A stretch of DNA of 48,652 nucleotides, from assembly GCA_023397215.1 (NCBI GenBank), contig JAEWUG010000010.1:1-48652 (forward strand), given 5' to 3'. This document shows positions 1 through 8,144 of this stretch, piece by piece. The notes below the pieces were generated by a model. The model was not told the origin of the DNA, did no database searches, and was given only the letters and a program-made list of their open reading frames with translations. Both the position numbers and the translations under genes were made by a program. This DNA is from Nanobdellota archaeon. Its GTDB lineage: Archaea > Nanobdellota > Nanobdellia > Pacearchaeales > GW2011-AR1. Position 1 is the first letter of the stretch, and the number at the start of each line of letters is the position of its first letter.

Positions 1-42
1 CAATGTAACACCATATGGAATTTGATTAAAACTAGTTATCAT
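1..42 (-). CDS. 5' end (14 codons, MITSFNQIPYGVTL) of an unidentified gene running off the left edge
   Basis: The ATG at 40-42 (minus) overlaps the TGA stop of the SBDS gene (ATGA overlap). The frame stays open to position 1. Too short to identify. Confidence 0.3.
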   Translation of the reverse strand, partial: MITSFNQIPYGVTL

Positions 43-707
43 TTTAATTCCTCGCTTAAAACACTACCATGTGTTGCAGAATTAATTTTATCATAAAAAT
101 CCATAATTAAACCACTTGGAACTTCAACAATACATTCTAAATCTCCATTATTTAACCAAGTTTCTTTACTAATATATTCTTTTAAATATCCATATGCTTT
201 ACCAATATGCATTGATGAAACTCTTAATTTTACTTTTTTTCTTTCAACTTTAATTGGTAAAACTTTATTTAATTGTTCTAAAATTTCATTAATTTGAATC
301 TCAATAGGTTTATTTTTAATATTTACATGAGCTTCATTTAAAGCATTCATAATTCTATCAGGTGTATAAGGTCTTCCTTCTAAACTAATTGCATTTTTAA
401 CTAAAAAATCAACAACTTGTTTATATTTTTGATTTTGTTCTTCTTTTAAAAAATCAGTTGTTTTAACAACTTCACCATTCTTAATTATTTTTTCACAAAT
501 TTCAAAAAAATCAGAACTATCAAAATATTTTTCTAAATCTTCTTTAGAAGCATGTTCCCCACTCTTTAAATTATAAAAAACATCATTTGTTAAAACAGCT
601 TGATTAATATTACCTTCACCTTTTCTTAATTTTAATGCTTCTTCTAAATCCACTAAAATCTCAAAATGTTTTCCTTCTCTTTTAATTCTAGCAGTTGTTT
701 CTACCAT
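39..707 (-). CDS. SBDS/Sdo1-family ribosome maturation protein
   Basis: 222-aa ORF. The N-terminus 'ARIKREGKHFEILVD' and the overall length and architecture match archaeal SBDS proteins. It is adjacent to proteasome alpha, as in the archaeal exosome/proteasome superoperon. Confidence 0.85.
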   Translation of the reverse strand: MVETTARIKREGKHFEILVDLEEALKLRKGEGNINQAVLTNDVFYNLKSGEHASKEDLEKYFDSSDFFEICEKIIKNGEVVKTTDFLKEEQNQKYKQVVDFLVKNAISLEGRPYTPDRIMNALNEAHVNIKNKPIEIQINEILEQLNKVLPIKVERKKVKLRVSSMHIGKAYGYLKEYISKETWLNNGDLECIVEVPSGLIMDFYDKINSATHGSVLSEELK

Positions 708-749
708 AAATTGTTAAATTAAATAGAGTTTATTAATCTTATTATAAAA

Positions 750-1445
750 TTAAAATTCATTTCCTTTAAATCTCTTAAATGAAGAATCTTTTTCTACTAC
801 TCCAATATCAAATCTTTTTTTATCAAATTCTTCACCTTGAACTTCTTTAAAAATTTCTAAAATAAGTTTAATTGCATCCTTAAAACTTAAATTTTCCTTA
901 TATTTTTGTCTTAATTTTTCTTTTATTTTAATATCATTCTCTCCAATAGCATTTGCTTTATATTGTAAATAATTACCTGTAACATCTGTTGTATAAAGAG
1001 ATAATTCTCCATTTATGCCTGCAAACATCATTGAAACACCATATGGTCTCGCACCCCCATAATGAGTAAATTGTTGTTTAATATCAGCAATTTCTTTTAC
1101 TAAAGATTCTGGATTTATTGGAGAATCATATGTTACTCTATGTTGCTGTGCAATTATTCTTGCTTTGTCAATTAAAACTCTTGCATCACTACTAATTCCT
1201 GCACTAACACAAATAATATGATCATCTATTTCATTAATCTTATTTGCAGATTCTTCAACAACTAAAATATCTCTTTGTCTTCTATCACTAACAATAACTA
1301 CACCATCTTTACAAACAAAACCAACAGAAGAACTACCAAGTCTAATTGTTTTTTCTGCATATTCTACTTGCAAAATATGACCATCTGGAGCAAACATAGT
1401 AGCTGCTCTGTCATAACCCATTTGTTGATGTTGTATTTCTTCCAT
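750..1445 (-). CDS. psmA: proteasome subunit alpha
   Basis: Alpha-subunit signature 'YDRAATMFAPDGHILQVEYA' at the N-terminus; 231 aa. Confidence 0.95.
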   Translation of the reverse strand: MEEIQHQQMGYDRAATMFAPDGHILQVEYAEKTIRLGSSSVGFVCKDGVVIVSDRRQRDILVVEESANKINEIDDHIICVSAGISSDARVLIDKARIIAQQHRVTYDSPINPESLVKEIADIKQQFTHYGGARPYGVSMMFAGINGELSLYTTDVTGNYLQYKANAIGENDIKIKEKLRQKYKENLSFKDAIKLILEIFKEVQGEEFDKKRFDIGVVEKDSSFKRFKGNEF

Positions 1446-1466
1446 AATATTATAAAAATAATTTAA

Positions 1467-1474
1467 TTATATAA
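1467..1474 (-). promoter_or_regulatory. TATA box (TTATATAA) for psmA
   Basis: 22 nt from the ATG at 1445. Confidence 0.45.
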
Positions 1475-1483
1475 GTTTATTGT

Positions 1484-1777
1484 TTAGTCTTTTTTCTCTA
1501 AGGTAATTTCAATAGTAGAGACATTTATTCTTTTTCCGTTTTTAGTCTCAAAATCTTCTGAATCTATTTTTATATCTTTAATCTCTATTTTTATTTGTTT
1601 TAAAAATTTTTTTCTAGATACTTCTGCAACATCTACTGCCTTTGAAATAAATTTACCTCTTGATTTTAAAACAACCTCATTAAAATCACATTTAGTAAAT
1701 TGCAAGAGAACACTAGTAACATAATTCATTAAAGGCTTTCCTCCAATAAAAATTATATTATCTTTAGATTCATTCAT
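1484..1777 (-). CDS. albA: Alba DNA/RNA-binding protein
   Basis: 'IFIGGKPLMNYVTSVLLQF...VVLKSRGKFISKAVDVAEVSRKKF' matches the Alba core. The track start at 1786 is TTG, so I use the first ATG at 1777. Confidence 0.85.
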   Translation of the reverse strand: MNESKDNIIFIGGKPLMNYVTSVLLQFTKCDFNEVVLKSRGKFISKAVDVAEVSRKKFLKQIKIEIKDIKIDSEDFETKNGKRINVSTIEITLEKKD

Positions 1778-1782
1778 TTTAC

Positions 1783-1980
1783 TCAAGACTCAATAATATT
1801 TTTATTATTCTTTTTTAATCTAGATATATAACCCGCAACCTTATTTCTTAAACGTTTACTCGGAAGTGAGTTTCCTAATATTTTTTTGTTGTGATCAAAT
1901 TTGACATCATATAAATCTGAATCTGATTCTATTAATTGTTTAGATGTTCTTTTAATCAATGTTGACTTAATTCTTCCCAT
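1783..1980 (-). CDS. rps17e: 30S ribosomal protein S17e
   Basis: 65 aa. 'MGRIKSTLIKRTSKQL...FDHNKK...RNKVAGYISRL' is typical of archaeal eS17. Confidence 0.85.
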   Translation of the reverse strand: MGRIKSTLIKRTSKQLIESDSDLYDVKFDHNKKILGNSLPSKRLRNKVAGYISRLKKNNKNIIES

Positions 1981-2024
1981 AAGCTATTTAAAAAAAATTA
2001 ATTTATAAGTCTTGTGGTAATAAA

Positions 2025-2960
2025 CTAATCAAGATTATCAATTAAAATAAGATTTTTATATTCTTCAAATACCTCTTTTGCTTTCTTTGTTAATTTCCCA
2101 TTAATCAATAAATAAAGTGGATATTTTTCATTACTTGATTTTTGAAAAGCAGTTAATAAATCGCTATCTGAAACTGATTTTTTATTTTTAGCAATAAGCC
2201 TATAATTTAAATCTCCTAAAATAGAATTAATAATTATTAAAGCATTAATTTCATATTTAGAATCATCTAAAACTTCTTTCAAAATTATTTCTTTTTTATT
2301 CAAAAATAATCTAATCTCATCTAAAAAAGAAGATTTAATTATCTTTTTTTCTTTTATCTTATCTTTTAATGTCAAATCTTCAATTAAATTTTTTTGTTCA
2401 ATATTTTCTTTAATTGAATTATTTTCTTCATTATTTCTTATTTCTTCTTCAATAATTTTTTCTTCATCTTTTTTATCTTCTATAATTTCTTTATTTAATT
2501 TTTCATTTTCAATTGGCTTATTTTCTTCTTGAAAATACTTTTCTAAGAGATCTTTATCAATTAAAAAATATTTCCAATAAATTTTGTTATCTTGATTAAA
2601 ACTAAATGCAAAATCTCTTAAATTTCTAAAAGCAACTCTAAAAACAGGAGTTTGTTCTTCATCTAATAAAATTTTATTTTTCTTAAGAAACAAAAAAGCT
2701 TCTTTTTCAACACCCTTTAAATAAAATTCTGCTTTTTCTTCTAATAAATTCTCTTGACCTTCTAAATAATATAAACAAGAAGAACCAACTTTTAATTGAG
2801 TAGTTTTAATTCTTTTTTCATTAGATAATTCAGCTAAAATTGCAGAAACAAAAACAGGTTCCAAACCCAAGAACTTTACAATACTTATTGGTAAAGTAGG
2901 ACCATTCTGATTTATAAAATCAATAATCTTTCTTTTTATTTCACCAACATCTATCATCAT
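2025..2960 (-). CDS. hypothetical protein: two N-terminal winged-helix-like segments, a Glu/Lys/Asn-rich linker and a C-terminal alpha/beta domain
   Basis: 311-aa ORF with an ATG start and its own TATA box 23 nt upstream. No catalytic motif recognised. The WH-like segment is 'NGPTLPISIVKFLGLEPVFVSAILAELSNEKRIK'. Confidence 0.7.
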   Translation of the reverse strand: MMIDVGEIKRKIIDFINQNGPTLPISIVKFLGLEPVFVSAILAELSNEKRIKTTQLKVGSSCLYYLEGQENLLEEKAEFYLKGVEKEAFLFLKKNKILLDEEQTPVFRVAFRNLRDFAFSFNQDNKIYWKYFLIDKDLLEKYFQEENKPIENEKLNKEIIEDKKDEEKIIEEEIRNNEENNSIKENIEQKNLIEDLTLKDKIKEKKIIKSSFLDEIRLFLNKKEIILKEVLDDSKYEINALIIINSILGDLNYRLIAKNKKSVSDSDLLTAFQKSSNEKYPLYLLINGKLTKKAKEVFEEYKNLILIDNLD

Positions 2961-2982
2961 AAATTAAGAGAAGACCTTTAAT

Positions 2983-2990
2983 ATTTTAAA
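2983..2990 (-). promoter_or_regulatory. TATA box (TTTAAAAT) for the winged-helix ORF
   Basis: 23 nt from the ATG at 2960. Confidence 0.4.
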
Positions 2991-3005
2991 CCTTATTACA
3001 AAAAA

Positions 3006-3602
3006 TTATCTTGCTGCATCAGCTTGTTTTTCTATTTCATTTTTCTTAGAAATAGCATATGATTCACTAGAATTATCAGCAGCAGCAATTATTTCTTTTG
3101 CTAAACTCTCAGTAATATTCATTTTTTTATTAAATGCCTTATCATAAGAACCATTAACAATAAACCTTAAAACAAGATTAAGTCTCCTACGAGGAGAAAC
3201 ATCAACAGCTTGAGGATATCTTGCTCCACCATATTCTATTGAAGTAATTTCATCTCTTGGTGCAGCATTTTCTAAAGCTTTAACAAAAATCTTTAAAGGA
3301 TTTTCTTTTGTTTTTTCTTCAATAATTTTAAATGCATCCATTACAATTTTTGTACATTTAGAGTGTTTTCCTGTAATCCAAGAAGTAATAATTCTATGTT
3401 TCTTACCTCTAGAACCTGGAACTTGTAAAATATTAATTAATCTTTCAACAACATTTACTTTTGCTTTAGTTGGATCCCATTTAATTCTACCATGTGATTT
3501 TAAAATTAACTTTGGGCTTAAATTAATAACTTTTTTTAAAGAAGGATCTGTTACTCTAACTTCACTAGCATCATATAAACCAAAGACTTTCATTTCTTTC
3601 AT
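3006..3602 (-). CDS. rps7: 30S ribosomal protein S7 (uS7)
   Basis: 198 aa. It follows S12 as in the conserved S12-S7 pair. Conserved 'GGARYPQAVDVSPRRR' and the C-terminal '...EKQADAAR'. Confidence 0.95.
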   Translation of the reverse strand: MKEMKVFGLYDASEVRVTDPSLKKVINLSPKLILKSHGRIKWDPTKAKVNVVERLINILQVPGSRGKKHRIITSWITGKHSKCTKIVMDAFKIIEEKTKENPLKIFVKALENAAPRDEITSIEYGGARYPQAVDVSPRRRLNLVLRFIVNGSYDKAFNKKMNITESLAKEIIAAADNSSESYAISKKNEIEKQADAAR

Positions 3603-4024
3603 TATCTTCTTCCTTTTTCAATCTTACCTTGCCATAATCGACTAAGAGGTTGATCATTTACTTTAATAATTTGAAATCTAACACCAGACAAATCTCCTTT
3701 TGTTCTACCTTGTTTTCCACCAATTCTTTCAATTAAAACTTCATCATGTTCTTCTATAAATTTTTGTGCTAAATTACCTGGAATAAATGCAGTAACCTCT
3801 TTACCAGAACGAATTAATTGAACTCTACAACATTTTCTCATTGCTGAATTAGGTTGTTTAGCTTCTTTTTGAACCTTTTTAGTAACTATTCCTCGAGCTT
3901 GACTACTTCTACTCAAAGGATCAAATTTTAAAGTAATACCTAATCTTTTCTTTTTAAGAGGCAATTTATTATCTCTAAATGTCTTTCTATTCTTTTTCAA
4001 TTTTCTTGCATTGTTTAATCCCAT
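3602..4024 (-). CDS. rps12: 30S ribosomal protein S12 (uS12)
   Basis: 140 aa. 'KQPNSAMRKCCRVQLIRSGKEVTAFIPG' is the uS12 core. 1-nt overlap with S7. Confidence 0.95.
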   Translation of the reverse strand: MGLNNARKLKKNRKTFRDNKLPLKKKRLGITLKFDPLSRSSQARGIVTKKVQKEAKQPNSAMRKCCRVQLIRSGKEVTAFIPGNLAQKFIEEHDEVLIERIGGKQGRTKGDLSGVRFQIIKVNDQPLSRLWQGKIEKGRR

Positions 4025-4068
4025 CTTATATTAATATTTTGGAGAAATCCTTTAAAAAGATTTCCATT

Positions 4069-4488
4069 CTATCCTATTTTTAGTTCATATCCAAAGATAT
4101 CTTTAATTATCTTAGACAATTCCTTTTCTTTAAGTCTATCTCTACCAATAAGAGTTGCTTTATTAATTCTACTAGCGTCGATAGATAAAATATCTTTTTT
4201 TAATTCAACTTTATTTAATTCAATAGGATTTAACAATTTTTCAATAAAACTAATAACTTCTTTTTCTTCTTTATTAGGTAAGGAAATTATTTTAATTTTT
4301 TTTCCAATAATTTTATTTATTTTTCTAACATTATCTGCATCCTTCCCAATGGCTTTTGAAACAGCAGACTTATTTACTAAGAAAATTATTTGATTATTAT
4401 ATTTAAAACAATGTTTTGCTTCAATTTTAGTTACTTTATTAAAAATATTAATATATCTAATAAACTGCATATCAATAACTTTTACCAT
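4069..4488 (-). CDS. nusA: archaeal NusA-like KH-domain transcription termination/antitermination factor
   Basis: 139 aa with two KH-like segments ('VSKAIGKDADNVRKINKIIGKKIKII'). It holds the canonical position between L30e and S12. Confidence 0.85.
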   Translation of the reverse strand: MVKVIDMQFIRYINIFNKVTKIEAKHCFKYNNQIIFLVNKSAVSKAIGKDADNVRKINKIIGKKIKIISLPNKEEKEVISFIEKLLNPIELNKVELKKDILSIDASRINKATLIGRDRLKEKELSKIIKDIFGYELKIG

Positions 4489-4489
4489 T

Positions 4490-4729
4490 TTATTTAACTA
4501 TAGAAAAAACTTCACAATTAAAATCTAAGTTTAACAATTTAATAACTTCTTTTTTTGGTTTCAAAAAACTAAATTTAATCTTATTTTCATTAAGTTGGTT
4601 TACAATTTCTTCTCTTGCATCCTTTACTAAATAAACTTCTTTTAAATTTTTTTTATGTTTAATACATTCCTTTAAACCAAAATATGCTTTTTTTGATTCA
4701 ACAGCATCTTTAATTTCTTTAATTCCCAT
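4490..4729 (-). CDS. rpl30e: 50S ribosomal protein L30e (short form)
   Basis: 79 aa. It lies directly after rpoA, as in the archaeal rpoH-B-A-L30e-nusA-S12-S7 cluster. 'GLKECIKHKKNLKEVYLVKD' aligns with the L7Ae/L30e fold. Shorter than usual. Confidence 0.7.
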   Translation of the reverse strand: MGIKEIKDAVESKKAYFGLKECIKHKKNLKEVYLVKDAREEIVNQLNENKIKFSFLKPKKEVIKLLNLDFNCEVFSIVK

Positions 4730-7700
4730 TTACTTTTTTTTCTCCTTATTTTTATTTGCAAGTGGGCCAGTTACTTTAACTAAAAGACCTGGTAAACCAG
4801 TTCCAACAGGCACAGGTTGATTTAAAATAATATTCTCAATAACAGATGCAACATTATCTTTTATTCCAGTCTTTGTAGCTTGAACAAATTGCTTATCAGG
4901 TGTTTCAAAAGAAGCTCTAGCTAAAATTGAATTTTTATCTGAGATAATACCCATTCTTGTAATACCCTTAACAATTCCAGAAGCAGTCATTGTGTCTGCA
5001 ACTAAATTTGCATGTTTATCATCTAAATCTAAACCTTGAGATATTAAAACTTTTTGAATTTCATTAATTACAACTTGACGAGCAGCTTCAATACCTAAGA
5101 CATTTGCTACTTCATGTAAATCATTAGAACTAACTTTATTTACATCTACTCCTTTAAACTTTAAGATGTCCTTTAAATTAGAACCAGCTGTTAAAATAAC
5201 AAAATCTTTACCTTTTTTAACTACTAATACTTGAGATACTTTTTTAACCCCAGAAAAAATAACTTCTTTTATCTTTTCCTTAATCTTATAAATTGTTTTA
5301 AAATCTTCTTTAGACATATCAAAAATCATACCACTTTCTGACTTTTTAACATCATAACCTTTATCATTTAATGTAGTAATAACAGTATCTAAAGTAGTAT
5401 GTGCTGATCTTAATGATTTAGAATCAACACTAATTTTAATTTGTTTAGTACCAAAATCAATAGAAATATCTGACATAATTTCTTTTAATTTCCTTTCTTT
5501 AATTTTTTCAGCAATAATTCTAGCATCATTTTCATTATTAAATTCTTTATCTAAATAAATTTCCATAGTAGGTAATTTTGGTTGTTTTCTTGCATCTAAT
5601 ATCTCAATTAATCTAGGTAAACCAGTTGTAACCTGCATTTCAGCAACACCAGCAGCATGGAATGTATTCAATACCATTTGAGTAGATGACTCACCAAATG
5701 ATTGAGCTGTAACTAATCCAACAGCTTCACCTGGAGCAATCTTCTCACTTTTATGTAAACCAGCAACATCAAAACCGTCAGTACCATAAATAAATTCTAT
5801 AATTTTACCAGAAGCATCTCTAATTGTACCATCATAAGCTACAATTAAATCTTGAAGTGCATTTGCAAGTCTTCTATATAAATAACCTGATTTAGGTGTT
5901 CTAAGAGCAGTATCCATTAAACCATCTCTACCAGTTATTGCACCAAAGAAAAATTCTACAGGCCCTAAACCGCCCATAAAAGAACTTTCAATAAAACCTC
6001 TAGCTTTAGGAGATAAATCACCTTTCTTAAAAAAAGGTAATGTTCTTTGAGTATAACCAAAATCAATTCTTTTACCATTTAAAACCTGTTGTCCAACACA
6101 ACAAGAGATCTGAGTTACATTTAACATACTACCCCTAGCTTTAGAACTGATCATATTATTTACATTATTATCCTTAGGGAAATTATTTTTAACAACATCA
6201 CCAATTTGAGTTCTAACTTCATTTAAAATTTGTAAAATTTTTAATTCTCTTGTTTCTTCAGCACTTCTACCAGGTAATAATTCTAAAGAATCATTATAAA
6301 AAGATTCGATTACTTCTTGAGTCTTTTTATCAGCAGTATCTATTATTTTTTTAGTTTGTTTTTGAGTTTCTTCTCCAACATGTAAATCATCTAAAGAAAT
6401 AGTAAAACCATTTCTAGATAAAAATGTAACACCCAAAGCAAAAACTTTTCTTAATGTTTCCATTGCTTCTGTTCTACCCATCTCTTTATCAATAATTTTT
6501 AAATCATTACCAGATTCTTTTCTAAAACCAAGAGGTTTCATACTTTGATTTTTATATTTTTCTGGTAAAACTTTTGAAAATATTGATTCTCCAGAATTAT
6601 TTTTATTTAAATTAAAGTTTTTAACTCCAGCTGAATAAAGTAATTGGGAACTTTCTGCATAATCTAAATCTGTTTGAAGTAATAAATGATTTCCAGTAGC
6701 AGCATCATCAATACATCCCATTAAATTCATATTATTTTTAGGAGAAAATAAATTATTATTTACATTTAATAATATTTCAGATTCTGCTCTTGCTTCTTCA
6801 TTTTGAGGACCATGAATATTCATTTCATCACCATCAAAATCAGCACCATAAGGATTACAAGAAGAAGGATGCATTCTAAAAGTTCTAAAAGGTAAAACTC
6901 TTACAAAATGAGCCATTAAAGAAGCTCTATGTAATGAAGGATGTCTATTAAATAAAACAATATCACCATCAACTAAATGTCTTTCAACAATATAACCGGG
7001 TTCAATTTCTTCAGCAATATTATCTCTTAAGTCTTCGGTAATTCTTTTTCTTTTTCCATCAGGTCTAATTACATAATTAGCACCGGGATAATCTACAGAT
7101 AAAATTAATTTTTTACATCTTTCGAGATTAAATGTAGTTACTCTTTCTGCAACAGTAATTATTTTTGCAATATCTAAAGGAACACCAACTTCATTAATTT
7201 TTAAATTTGGATCTGGAGAAATAACAGTTCTAGCAGAAAAGTTAACTCTTTTACCTGCTAAATTCTTTCTAATTCTACCTTCTTTACCTTTAATTCTCTC
7301 AGTAATAGTTTTTAATGGTTGACCACTTCTATGTCTTGCAGGAGGAACTCTTGCAATAGAATTATCAAAGAAAGTAGTTATATGGTATTGTAATAAATCC
7401 CATAAATCTTCAATAATAACCTCAGGAGCACCTGCATTTAAGTTTTCCCAAAGTCTTTGATTTGCTCTAATTATATCTGATAACTTATGAGTTAAATCGT
7501 CTTCACTTCTTTCACCTGATTCTAATGTAATAGAAGGTCTAACAGTTACAGGAGGAACCATTAATAAAGTCAAAATTGCCCATTCAGGTCTTAATGTTTT
7601 TGCATTTATTCCTAAAATTTTTAAATCTTCATCAGAAACTTTTGCTAATCTTTCTCTAATCTCACTTGGGAATAATCTTCTTTTACCTACTTTAAATGTA

Positions 7701-8143
7701 GAAGGTTTTTCTAATTTAACTCTTTCTTGAACAATACCACAATGAGGACACTTTTTACCATCTTTTGCTTTTTTAATTCTATCTTTTAATGGTTTTTTTA
7801 AATCATTTTCATCTTTAATTAAAACTTTACCACAAGCTTCACAAGTACTTCTTAACACTACATCAAGAATTGGGATATATTTTATATGAACAACAGGACG
7901 AGCAAGTTCAATCATACCAGGATGACCTAAACATTCTTTTAATCTACCACCACAGGTTCTACATCTAACACCAGGATCAATTGCACCAAGTCTTAAATCC
8001 ATTAAACCACCGTCAACAGGATAACCATCAACATCATAAAGCTCAGGTGTAACAATTTTTGCAACACTAAGTTTTTTAATTTCCTCAGGACTCAAAAGTC
8101 TAAAACTCATTGCATTAATTTGTTTTCTTATTGTTTCAACCAT
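4730..8143 (-). CDS. rpoA: DNA-directed RNA polymerase subunit A, with A' and A'' fused in one ORF
   Basis: 1137 aa. Zn clamp 'CRTCGG...C', catalytic 'YGADFDGDEMN' and bridge helix 'GRDGLMDTALRTPKSGYLYRRL'. The trigger loop 'AQSFGESSTQMVLNTFHAAGV' and the A'' C-terminus 'VLGIEAARQVVINEI' then follow in the same frame without a stop. Confidence 0.95.
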   Translation of the reverse strand: MVETIRKQINAMSFRLLSPEEIKKLSVAKIVTPELYDVDGYPVDGGLMDLRLGAIDPGVRCRTCGGRLKECLGHPGMIELARPVVHIKYIPILDVVLRSTCEACGKVLIKDENDLKKPLKDRIKKAKDGKKCPHCGIVQERVKLEKPSTFKVGKRRLFPSEIRERLAKVSDEDLKILGINAKTLRPEWAILTLLMVPPVTVRPSITLESGERSEDDLTHKLSDIIRANQRLWENLNAGAPEVIIEDLWDLLQYHITTFFDNSIARVPPARHRSGQPLKTITERIKGKEGRIRKNLAGKRVNFSARTVISPDPNLKINEVGVPLDIAKIITVAERVTTFNLERCKKLILSVDYPGANYVIRPDGKRKRITEDLRDNIAEEIEPGYIVERHLVDGDIVLFNRHPSLHRASLMAHFVRVLPFRTFRMHPSSCNPYGADFDGDEMNIHGPQNEEARAESEILLNVNNNLFSPKNNMNLMGCIDDAATGNHLLLQTDLDYAESSQLLYSAGVKNFNLNKNNSGESIFSKVLPEKYKNQSMKPLGFRKESGNDLKIIDKEMGRTEAMETLRKVFALGVTFLSRNGFTISLDDLHVGEETQKQTKKIIDTADKKTQEVIESFYNDSLELLPGRSAEETRELKILQILNEVRTQIGDVVKNNFPKDNNVNNMISSKARGSMLNVTQISCCVGQQVLNGKRIDFGYTQRTLPFFKKGDLSPKARGFIESSFMGGLGPVEFFFGAITGRDGLMDTALRTPKSGYLYRRLANALQDLIVAYDGTIRDASGKIIEFIYGTDGFDVAGLHKSEKIAPGEAVGLVTAQSFGESSTQMVLNTFHAAGVAEMQVTTGLPRLIEILDARKQPKLPTMEIYLDKEFNNENDARIIAEKIKERKLKEIMSDISIDFGTKQIKISVDSKSLRSAHTTLDTVITTLNDKGYDVKKSESGMIFDMSKEDFKTIYKIKEKIKEVIFSGVKKVSQVLVVKKGKDFVILTAGSNLKDILKFKGVDVNKVSSNDLHEVANVLGIEAARQVVINEIQKVLISQGLDLDDKHANLVADTMTASGIVKGITRMGIISDKNSILARASFETPDKQFVQATKTGIKDNVASVIENIILNQPVPVGTGLPGLLVKVTGPLANKNKEKKK

Positions 8144-8144
8144 T

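Noticed and set aside
1275-1466. 63-aa plus-strand ORF antisense to psmA. The same applies to the other short ORFs in the track that lie inside or opposite confidently identified genes: 9950-10150, 13921-14133, 17312-17512, 18387-18575, 19486-19710, 26083-26265, 26272-26475, 29133-29345, 31751-31975, 32205-32429, 33277-33465, 33719-33955, 41157-41357, 42722-42976, 43808-44008, 44601-44867 and 45318-45518.
   Set aside because: They are shadow ORFs. In an A/T-rich genome the opposite or shifted frames of real genes stay open by chance. The translations are low-complexity Ile/Leu/Phe/Asn strings with no motifs, and each is fully covered by a gene with strong family evidence.
4025-4068. Small hairpin (GAAATC-9 nt-GATTTC) between nusA and S12 as an attenuator.
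   Set aside because: The 6-bp A/T-rich stem is marginal. The same region contains a TATA-like box for S12, which explains its conservation-like appearance.
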